DNA of 64,000 nucleotides from Giardia intestinalis (lineage: Eukaryota). The position numbers and the translations under genes are program-made. This document shows, piece after piece, positions 49,185-61,100 of the stretch (positions are counted from its first letter, which is position 1; every line of letters starts with the position of its first letter). Where the stretch lies: assembly GCA_000002435.2 (NCBI GenBank), contig CM018790.1; one strand, written 5' to 3'. The notes under the pieces are model-generated. The model did not search any database. It was given only the letters and a program-made list of their open reading frames with translations, and was not told the DNA's origin.

Positions 49185-52100
49185 ATGAGCGGGTACTTCA
49201 CAGATCTCCAAAATGCGGAGGTTTTGCGAGCAGCTGAATCGATAGTAAGCTCTGGACAGGCTGTGCTTCTATGTGGCCCTTCAGCCTCTGGCCGAACAGC
49301 TCTGCTGTCACATCTTGCATCTAAGCTTGGCGCAAAGCCACCCATCCCCCTACACCTTACTACTGCGCAAGATACCCGTGACCTAATTGGATCTTATGTT
49401 ATGACAAACAAACCGGGGGATTTTCGCTTTATTCTTGGCCCCCTTGCTTATGCCGCTCAATCAGGCCGCTGGATTAGTATAGAGGAGATCACAACCATTT
49501 CACAAGACTCCTTACTTCTCCTTTCATCTGTTGTTAACACCAGGACACTTTCTGTAGGATCATACCAGATTTCTGTGCATCCAGACTTCAGGATTCACGC
49601 CAAGACCAGTGCTGACCCAGCTCTCCTCAGCACGATCGTTAAAAGCATGTTTTATCCCCTTGTTCTGCCTCCTCTTGGCAACCACTTATTTCAAGTGCTT
49701 ACAAAGCATTGCAACAGGGGTATTTGTACCATATTGGCACACATTCACGTCCAGTTTGAAACGCACAGGTTAACAGCAGGGCGGATTTCAGCCAGCGATA
49801 TGGTCAAATGGGCTCGGAGAATCGACCTTGATCTCAAAAACGGGGGTGCTGTGTTGAACAAGGCCGTCCAAGAGGCCTCGGCAGGCACTGCTGCCACGAC
49901 TCTAGTATCATGGCTTGACGATAATACGCGTATGGTTATGATTAAGAATGCATGGGAGGCGTTTGTCCTTAGGTACTCCAAGGAGCAGACCCGGAGGGCC
50001 TTTCTTGATATACTCCGACTCTCTCTCAATATCCACGAGGAATTGATGCTATCAACGCTACTGAAAATAAAAGTCGATATTCGCCACGACTATACGCAGA
50101 AGCGACTTGTCTGTGGGCGCGTATCTCTTCCTTTCTATGAATCTCCAGACGAGCGCTCTCTTGATGATATCTGTAGAACAAACCACACGACAAGATTGCT
50201 AGAAATCATATCATCTGCTATTAGAAACAACGAGCCTCTCCTACTGGTGGGGCCCACCGGAATAGGCAAGACCACGTGTCTGCAAGTCATAGCGCGAGCC
50301 TTGGGAAAGAAGCTACACGTTGTCAACATGTCGAGTCAAACAGATGCAGCAGACCTTCTAGGAGGCTATGTGCCCGCCACCTTGGATCGCATCTTGAGGA
50401 ACCTCTATGATGCCATCACAGGCAGTCTTGGGCTCTACATTTCTGTCAGAAAAAACCAGATCTTTGTTACGGAGCTTCACAAGTCATACGCAGAAAAGGA
50501 TATAGCAAAATTCCTAGCTAACTGTGAAACCGCGTTATCCGGAATGAGACAAGTTCTCAGAAAGGAGGTCGGGGAGGTGGTGGAACAGGGCTCTACTGAA
50601 CAGCGAGTGTCACACGATAAAAAATATGCCAGAAGAGGTACATATGAGAACTCTCTCTATTTTCTGCAGTCTCTGGGAGATACCCTAGAGCAGGCAACTG
50701 AATTGCACAAGATCCTCTGTCACGAGGTAGAAACTAAGAAGCCGACCATGGCCTTTAAGTACCAAGAAGGTCTCCTTGTGCAGGCGCTCGTGAAAGGCGA
50801 CTGGATTCTTATAGATGAGATCAATCTTGCGAGCTACGATCTGCTTGATGTGATCTCTCAGCTGGTCAATCCTGAGCACAACGAGATTGCAATCCCAGAC
50901 AAAGGATTTGTAGCAAAGAACCCTCACTTCAGAGTCTTTGCAGCCATGAATCCGGGGAGCGATGTGGGGAAGAAGGACCTGCCACCGACCATTCGCCGTT
51001 GCTTTACAGAAATAAACGTTAGCGAAATGTCTGATGACGTGGACATTGTTGCTCTTACCAAGTCGTATCTGCGAATGGATGATGCAATGATAGAGGATCG
51101 TCAGGGTCTCGACCCTAATGTCGTTTATCAGCTTTTCACCGTGCTGAAGGCCAGGGCGAAGACAGATCTGGTCACCGCCGCCGAGGCCAAGTCTCCTTGC
51201 TTCAGTCTACGTTCTCTGTGCCGCGCTCTCAGCTTTGCGCATCGATTCCGTGCAGCTGCAGGACTTCGCCGCTCCATGTACGAAGGATTCATGCTAGCAT
51301 TTGGATCAATGCTCAATGAAAAGAGTAGACAAGCAGTGCATGCGTTGATTCTTGATAAGCTACTTAATGGAAACAAAGAATACCTGCTAAATCCATTCAT
51401 CATACAACCATTTAATAAGCCATGCACCGCTATGATCTTCCAAGCCACCACAAAGGACGAAGCCGTCACCGTGGAATATCAAGAGCCACAGGCTGCTCAC
51501 GGGTTTCTTGAGGAAGAGAAATCCCGGGCTCGAAGCACTGACTATGTGCTGACAAAATCAACCAGATCATACATGACGACAATCTCTAGGGCCATCGCTG
51601 CCCAACTTCCAATCCTTCTGGAAGGTACGACATCGTCGGGGAAGACAAGCCTCATCAAGCACATTGCCAAGCAGTTTGGCTGTCCCATTACGCGCATTAA
51701 TAACCATGAACATACAGACCTCTCGGAGTACTTTGGGTCCTACCAGCCAGATCCGCTGACGGGTCAGCTTGTTTTCAAAGATGGGCCTCTCGTGACTGGG
51801 ATGAAGCAGGGTCACTGGGTCATTCTGGACGAACTTAACATGGCGTCTTCGGAGATTCTTGAGGCCCTTAACAGGCTTCTAGATGACAATAGGGAGCTTT
51901 TGGTTCCTGACACACAGGAGATCGTTCGGCCTGCCCCTGGCTTTCTCTTATTTGCAACTCAAAATCCATCCGGATCATATGCGGGGCGAAAGATGTTGTC
52001 TGAAGCCTTTCAGAATCGCTTTATCATGATAGAGTTTGCTGATATATCAACAGAGGAGCTGAAAGAGATCCTAATCAATAGAAGTACAAGCCGTCACCTT

Positions 52101-55100
52101 GCTCCCCAATATTGTGAGAAGTTGATCACCACTATCCAGGCTATAAAGATGCAACTGAGCCACAGAAATAACAATGCAGTCATGACTAACGCGCTCATCA
52201 CCTTGCGTGACCTCTTCCGGGTTGCTGATCGTCTGCCTCGCACGCTTACTGAGCTTGCAATGGGGATTTTTGAATTGATCGGTGAGCGACAGCGTGACCC
52301 AGCAGACAAACAACTGGTAGCAGAGATCATCGCCAAAAACCTGGGGCTCAAAACATTCTCGGTTTCGGCAGCGGAGCAAGAGTACGCCATTCGAGTGCGA
52401 CCAATTCAAAGTATGATTGAGAAGGCTCTCAAGGCGGGCGCTGATAGTCCCAAGTCGGCCTTCTTGTTGAAATTTCAGGACATCGTGTGGACTCCGAGCA
52501 TGATCAGGCTTTTCGCCCTCTTGTTCACCTCCGTTTCCAATGGGGAATCGCCACTGCTTGTTGGAGTGAGTGGAGCGGGCAAAACGACATCCGTGGAGCT
52601 GATTGCAGCCATCATGGCCCAGCAATTAGTGCAGGTCAATCTTCATAAGCATACAGAAAGTGCAGACTTCATAGGAAGCCTGCGTCCATTGCGTTCTCGT
52701 GAGTCTATGCATGCCCATCTCTCAGTTCTAAAGGAGTATGCAGCCACAACTACAAATGTAGATAAAGCTGTCTATGCCGAGATAAAGCGCCTTGAGACAA
52801 CGCTTGGGACTAAGCTATTTGAATGGGAAGATGGGCCGATACTGAATTGTATGAAGCGTGGCCACATTTTGTTACTAGATGAGGTCTCACTGGCTGACGA
52901 GTCTGTCCTCGAACGACTCAACTCAGTCTTGGAGACATCTCGCGAGCTCACTGTTGCTGAGAACCCAAACATGCCTCGGCCAGTGATTGCTCACACCGGG
53001 TTCAAGCTTATTGCGACGATGAACCCTGCAGGAGATTATGGGAAGAAGGAGCTTAGCCCTGCAATGCGATCCCGTCTTACTGAGTTTTGGATGCCGCATA
53101 TTCGAGACATCAATGAGGTTAGAATGATTTTAACAAGGAAGCTGCAGAAGACTGCCATCTATCGCTTAGGGCACCAACAAGGTCTTGATGTGGTCTCACT
53201 CTTGGCGGACTTCTTTGCAGAGATGGATAGAATAACACAAAGCGGCAGACTAGGAGATGTGTTTACTCTCAGTATTCGAGATATCCTGGCAGTTTGTGAT
53301 TACATTACAGAGGTGCAGACGAAGGAGGGTACTGAACTGGGGCAGATGCTCATCGATGCCGTCACGTTATCTATCTTAGATGGGCTCCCGGTTCGCACAC
53401 AGCTGGGAAATATGCCCGCTTGTCGTGAAGTTAAACACGAAATGGTTCTCTACCTTGCCAACCGCATTCTTTCCGCAAACCTGACAGACATCGATTTGAT
53501 CCAAGACCTAACAGTTAGCATTTCCAAAGACACCAACGAATTGACGTTTCTTCAAGCCTCTACACAAACCGTTTTGGCTACAATCCCTCCTGGTCCGCAA
53601 TACAACCATGCAAAGGCCCTTCGAAAGATGACATCGTTTAGGCTAGACGCTCCCACAACCATTAAGAACGCGTGCAGAATCGCCAAGGCGCTTCGGTTTC
53701 AGAGGCCGATTCTCTTGGAGGGCGATCCAGGCGTGGGAAAGTCCGCTCTAGTATCTGCCATTGCGGAAATCTGCGGGTATTCACTAGTCAGAATTAATCT
53801 TTCAGAACAGACAGACCTCTCCGACCTTTTAGGGTCTGATTTGCCTGCAGAGAATGGCTTTCGCTGGGTAGATGGTGTCTTGTTGAAGGCCGTTAAAGAA
53901 GGCGCCTTTATTCTTCTAGACGAGCTCAACCTGGCCAATCAGACCGTCCTGGAAGGTCTCAATTCACTTCTTGATCACCGCAGAAGCCTGTTCATTCCAG
54001 AGTTGATGCTCTCCGTCAAATCTCCGGATACCCTTCGGATCTTTGGCACCCAGAACCCTCGCTCGCAGGGTAGTGGTCGCAAGGGTCTTCCGCAATCCTT
54101 CATCAACCGATTTCTTAACGTGTACGTAGATGTATTAAAGAGTCAGGACTATGACTGGATCTTGAGCAACCTTTTCACCGATATCCCCACATACGTACTT
54201 GACTACATTCTCGGGTCCACTAAACAGCTTCGAGCAGGTTTGGAAGAGCTGAAATTCGGCATATCTGGCGGCCCGTGGGAGCTAAATGTTCGCGACATGA
54301 TGCGGCTCTGTGACATGTTGACTACAACCCCTGGCCTCGCACAAGGCATCACCCTGGCTCATGCCAAGCACTATGCACATATTCTATTTGGATATCGCTT
54401 TCGGACCGCTGATGATGATGCGTACGTCCAAAATGTGCTATTTTCTCCACACTCTCTTGACAGCGTTGCAGAAGCCACACAGTCACACCACTGGTACTCA
54501 CTACGACCTCTTTGGAACGTCACAGAAGACGTTGTGAAAATTGGCTCTCTTGCTATACCACGCATTGACCCTGTGTTTAGAGACGTTTTAGGGACGAAGC
54601 TGTCTTATGCACACACCTCGTGTTTCCTTACAGCACAGCTAGTTGCTTTAGAGGCACTGGCAGTAGCAGTGACACAGAACCTGAGCTGCATTTTGGTTGG
54701 ATCTCCTGAGTCTGGGAAGAGTAGCATTCTACGGACTCTTGCAGATGTTGTAAGACAGCCACTGGTCCACATTTCAGCAAGCACAGCAACAGATGTCTCA
54801 GATTTGATTGGTGCCTACGAACAAGTCGATGTTTTGTATGACTTGAAGAGTGTCATTAGAGATTTGTGTCTTTTCGTTCACTCACTGCCCATAAAGGCTT
54901 CTTACTCTGCTATCTCCTTCTCTGAATTCCTAAAAGACCTCACCGCCTCTCTCGATAGAGAGATTGGGGACGGATTGGGGTCCAAGAGCCGTGCGATATC
55001 AATGGAATCAATCGTTTCAGAGGTTGTACAGAAGCTTCTTCTGGAATTCATGGCTAAGTTTTCTCCGGATCTCGACTCTGGTGGACTAGCAGCCAAGAAC

Positions 55101-58100
55101 TTTTCCCTTTTCTGTTCAGAGATACTCACTCAAGACACAACACCTGTGGACGAACGCTTTTCACCTCACATGCCAACAATCCCCGAACTATGCAAGAGCA
55201 TGGCATCCCTCTATTTGTCCACTCAGCAGAGCCAGACAGGGCGCTTTGTGTGGAGGGACTCAGAGTTGATTCGGGCACTTGAGCGTGGTTACTGGGTAGA
55301 GCTGACAAACGCAAATTTCTGTATGCCTTCTGTTCTCGATAGACTCAATTCTCTTTTAGAGCGTGGAGGTGGTCTAGAAATACTAGAGCAAGGACTTGAG
55401 GAAACACGCTCCATTAAAGTGCACCCAAATTTTCGGCTCTTTATCAGCTACGCGCCCACAAGTGACATTTCTCGTGCACTCAGAAATCGCTCGCTAGAAC
55501 TGTCAATAGACATTCAGGTTTCTCATTACAATCTGCTTGATATTGTGCGTTGTGTCTACACGAGCTCAACTGCCAGTGGTGTCTCGCTAGATCCGTACTT
55601 GATAAAGCTCGTCTCACTGGTCTACTTTGAGCTTTCCAGAGATAACCCGGAGATTGTTGGCCTGGGGCTTCTCTTCAAATGGCTTAAGCTTCTTGTAACT
55701 TACCACAAGCGATTTTCCACGTCGGTTGGCGACCCCAAAGCAGTGTCCTCTTGGGTGGACCGCAGCTTCAGCTCTGTGTTCATAGCATCGACTCTGAACG
55801 CTGACCTCCATCGACAGTATATGCAGGTGTACCAGAACGCACGCCTGGCACTACAGGGAGATGGAAGCCTAGAGGCGTGTACTTTAGTTGAAGCTGCAGC
55901 TGTATTGAATCAGTTAACCTTGGGTGCCGTTAGAAAGCTCAGTATAAGCAATTCACTACAACATAGCTTGGCTTTGCTCGAGCTGCGTACTACCGTCAAA
56001 CCACTTGATCAGCTTGTCTCTCTTGCTGATCAAGAACCCCAGATCATGGAACCCTTCTCTCAAGTTAGTGGATGGCTAGCAATATGTGTAGGTCATTCAC
56101 TTGATTTCCAACACCACAAGGAGCTAGTCTCCAATTTGCTTACTAGCACAGATATAAATCCAATGTATCTGCTAACTCCGCCCGAGCCTTCAAGCCAGGC
56201 GTTGCTGAAGTACATATCACAAGGCTATCTTGATATGTACTCAAGTCCCGATTCGATTATCCACCAAGTTATTAAGTACGTCTCTTTATGCAGTCCTTTT
56301 TACGCCTCAATTCTCAAGCTTTTTATTGAGGGAAAGTTCACAACAAAAGATTCTTATCTACTATTATATTTGATAGAACTGTCTCAACATCTAGCGACTG
56401 ACCCCAATAACTACGATTATGTAGCCCTTTTCTTCTCCTTGTTTGAGCTTCTCATATCTCATTCCATAGACCCATCAACGAAGACATACTCTCTCGGCCA
56501 ACGTCAAGTCATGAGGACGTTCTTTGACATGATCTTGACAGATCAGTACTTCGAATCGATGCCGAGGCTTCTTTCAGGATACATTAGGTCTTTGTTCATT
56601 TCTGCGGCACGAAACGATCTAGAGACTGCCTGGCTCGCTGTCCGCAAGAACTTAGCGCTGGCGCGCATTTCAGTCCACTACCTTCCAGAGTTATTTAAAG
56701 TGTTTAGATACGTAATTGAACGACTGAATCTTTGCATCTCTCCAGAGGGCGTTGTGTTCCTTCAAGAAGGACTATCGGACAGCATTACAGCAAGTCTCTG
56801 GAAGGACATCTTGGCGACCGTCATATATATGGCATGTAGGGCAGATGACCAAACTGGTGATTATGTCCCAAAGCTTGCAATCCTGCAAGACTCGGCAAAC
56901 CGCATCGATCTTTGCGCATCGAAGCTCTCTGGCAATCAGCACCCGACAGCTCGTGCCTTAGCTCAGATGCAATCGCTTTTCTTGCTATTTACAGGAAAAG
57001 CCTTTTGCATGCAGGTGTCGGACACTCTCGAGGGTTGGTCGCAGAGAGATTTGACGACACAACTACCGATTCTCCTCTTCAGATCCATGAGCTTCTATCA
57101 TAGAAACGCTGCGGGGCCAATTACATACCTTAGGGGCCCAATCTTTGTCAGCACCGGGGAGTTCGTAACAAGCTCTCTGTCTGTTCCCGCTCTTCTGACT
57201 AATGCTATTGAAGAGCAGGCAACCTCAGTTCTCAAATCTCTCTTGTGCAGAAGTGAGGACTTTCTGTCGTATGTCGGTAACGTCATCAACTCCATTACAA
57301 CGATTGTGCTGCGGCTATTCTTCGCAGCCCTTGAGCGTGAAGCACCATCGTGTGACTTTACTGACGGCTCTTTCCAACTCTTCGCTCTCATTCTAGAAAC
57401 AATAGTTCACTCCAGCAACCCCCTTCTAGCGTCTCTCACTCAAGGAGTTGAAGATATTCTCAAAGCTATCATATCTGTGCAGCTTTCTCCAAGTCCTCTT
57501 CTTTTGTCTGGACTTGTTCTTACTGTTGCATCGCTAGTCCTCTACTTGCTCACGTCTATAGCTAATCAACGTGATCCGATAGTTATGACCAAGCATAGAG
57601 AAGTCCTCTACAGACGTCTGGCCAAACTGATTGCGACTTCCATCGAAGATTCTAAGCTGCACGCCTTGTTCGTGTTTGGAGACGGCGCGCTGTCTGAGAG
57701 CTCCTCGATATACAAAGAGCTATCGACACTTTACAATTCTTATGCCGAAGCAGCTGATCAGTATGCAGCTGAGCTGCTTGTGAGAGCAGATGACGAAGAT
57801 AATACATTCTTTGAAGATCTGTCGTCTCAATTAGCCAGTTTGGATGGCTTTGAGGTACATGTGTTGACTTTTGTTTCTGGGGTATTGAATTTGGAGAAGG
57901 TCCTCCAAATGCACGAGAGCACGGAGTGCATTGAGGCTATCCTTGATGGACTTGCTGTAGCCGAACGCCAAATATCAACCACTCTAGCTGCTCTTCTCCC
58001 CAGACTCATAAACTATACCGTTGAGAGCAGCTACTATCTCGATATGACCATTCCCATAGCCTCTTTTCTAATGTGTCTTAGGGTAGGGCTTTCTGCCGTT

Positions 58101-61100
58101 ATTTCCTCCGTGTATGCCCATGTTTGTGATGCGATAAACGCGGCCCGAAGGCTATCAAGCGAAGGCATTGGACTGCAGATAACCCTCCAGGATTTGCTTC
58201 TTCTTATCCAGCGGGTCGTCGTCGGTACTGGAGATGAGTTTCTCGACCTTTTGTGCTATGACAAGTTCATACGTTCATGCTGTTCTTCCAAGACCGTTTC
58301 TACTCTTCACGTAGCCCGCTTATTCACACTCTCACTTCTGCAATACTCTTCATGTTCCAAGGGAGTTCAAGGTGACGTATCGCAGTTTCTTCTGGCTGAT
58401 ACGTTGAGGCCTGAGCGTGTGTCATCTATTGCCGCCCAATTTGAAATTGAGGAAGCCAGAAGTTATCGGAAATATATAGCAGACCATAGCATCTTTAAAA
58501 CACGCAATCAGTCTTCGACGGCCGAGGGAGTCAGTGAAGAGGATGAGCTGAAAACGCAAATTGCTGCTCTGTTCCCAAAGAATGATAGTCACTTCATTAA
58601 ATCTGATACATCCTCAGACGATGAACAACCAATCAGCATGTCTGCTCAGACGAAGGTTGATTACGATGATGCATACGCCACTAGCTTCTTCACACGCATG
58701 AATATGATCCTGATTATCGGGAACTGTATCTTGCATCTATATACATCAGACACAGAGGCCCTCCCTATACAAGAACGTCTCCAGAACCTCTCGTCTATCC
58801 TTCAGGCCCATGTTCCTCATCTATCTCGCCCCTTAGTGGCCCTGCAAGCGGTTACATATGCACTGTCTATCTGCGCCGGAGGTGTGTCATCTAATTTATC
58901 TATTAGGTCTCCGCTGACACCAGAGACAGACAGACTTATGTATCCACTAGTGACAGGGGCTACCATGGGTCTAGTACGTGTGCTCAGCTCTCGAAGCCCC
59001 AATGTTGATTATGCAAAGCTCCAAACAGGTAAAACACGACGCGCAATTCATTGCGAGGACATCTATAGCCGCCCCTATCCTTACGAAACTGCGGAGTTTT
59101 GCTCCACTTTGCTTCGGAAGATCATTGTTCGGACGCAGCATCTCCTCACAGAGTGGCCAGATAATGTGCAGCTCCTAGACATCATGCATGTTTGCGACAA
59201 GCTCATGGAGCTCCCTGTTTTAGAAGCGCCACTTGTCATGTTTCTCACTGGGGCAGAGGTGCTTGTACGTCACTTGGAAACATGGGACAAGGGGGCACCT
59301 GCCGTCTATAAATACGTAACGAATCCGAACGTCCCTGTTCCAGAAAGCCTTACTAAGTCGTTAATTCATCTAATGGTGACGTGGAGGCGCGTTGAGCTGA
59401 TGTCTTGGAACGGATTCTTTTCTCGCGTGCATACACAGTTCTCGAACGTGTCTCTCACGTATTGGCCAGAGCTCCTAATAGCGAGCCTAACGTACCAACG
59501 ATCAGTGACTCAGGGAGAACCATCTACTGAAGCCTATTATGCGCAGATGCGCGAATTTCTCTACGAATCTAATGTAGGGGAGTTTCCAGTTCGTTTGAAA
59601 CTACTGTACACACTTTCAGCTCTACTAAGCAATATCGAGGAACTTGCGGAGCCAGAATTAGTTAGCTCACCCCATAAGACGATGACATCTGCTGTGCTGT
59701 TTTCTATTGCATCCGAAGCAGTGGAATTTGCTAAGTACATGAACAAAGAGTTCGAAGAGGAGGCTGCGCAGATCAAGAAGCGCTTTGAGGACCAGATTCG
59801 CATCTTTGAGTGGAACGAGCGCTCGTCTTACACGTCGTGGCTCACTGCACAAAATTCCCACCGTCTTTGCACTAAGATAATTAGAGAATATACAGAGGTT
59901 CTCCAGCATGCTACTCGTGCTTTTCATATGGGGTATAGCGCAACGTATGATCGAATACCATTGTCTGTTACAGTCCAGGAGTATCTTCCTTTGAGCTCTG
60001 AGTCTGGGATGCTACCTCCTGCGCTCTCACAGGAACTTGTGGAACGCCTCAACTATTGCGTTGAGCAGATGTGTCATGGACGCAAAGAATCCGAAACACT
60101 CAAGAGAAATGAAAAGAATAGGCTTTTAAGTGATGTACTGGATGTTCTTAAGGAGACGCTAGGCTGTGTTCTGTCCTCCGGTTTCGCCTTCAAGCAATCG
60201 TTCGGCTGGAAACTTGCTCATCTTTGTCTACCGAGTGTTCATTCAACATTTGAGCTTATGCATATGTTTCACGATTCTCTATGTCAGCGGTGTAATGAAG
60301 TTGAGCCCCATGATATTGAGCGGATGAAGAGAATAATCGCCTGTCTGAACCAGGTTTTCGTGCAACTATCCGAGCTAGTTGTGGAGCTGGCAGATATCGA
60401 ATTGCTATCTAGAGTAATGAGAACAGCCCCAACTGGTTCATCCAAGTCTCAGGCTGATAGCGTGCTTTATGTCTACTTGGCTGACAACTCTGTTCCTCAG
60501 CTTTTAACTACTCAGGTTATGTCTCACGTGACAAAGGCGCATAAGATGTGCATGTCTTTACAGGAATTTCTCATTGGGCTACCTCTCGATAGTTGCAAGT
60601 CATCTCCTACTAAGCTCCATGAGCAAATAGGCGGGTTTCTTGAGCGCTTCTCTGCTGATTCTGTAACGGCTCTCAATCGCATAAAGATATTTTCTAAGTT
60701 CTCTGCGCTCATAAAGCGCCTGTGCTCTATCACGCTTATTCCATTGGCATTCTTTGAAGAAGCAAAGGCTATTCTGCAGCAAATCTTGGCTGATCTTTCT
60801 CCTATCTTTTCAGCATTAATAGCCGTCTTGCCAACTGCACCTATATCGACATTTGTCACAGAACATGCAAAGTACCTTGCTCAGGTCACAGAGGTTATCG
60901 ACACTCTCACGGAACAGCTTGCGCAATGTAGGGTAGAGGAGGCGGCTACTGTATCGTCGATAGAATGGCCATATTTTGCCCTGCCGTTTGCTTCAGTTGG
61001 CGAGGAAGGTCTTTCAGTTGAGATTATTGTAGATAACGCAAAGAAACAAGTATCTGCGTATATGACTGCCTTTTTCACTTCGACACTTCAACCTATTTTA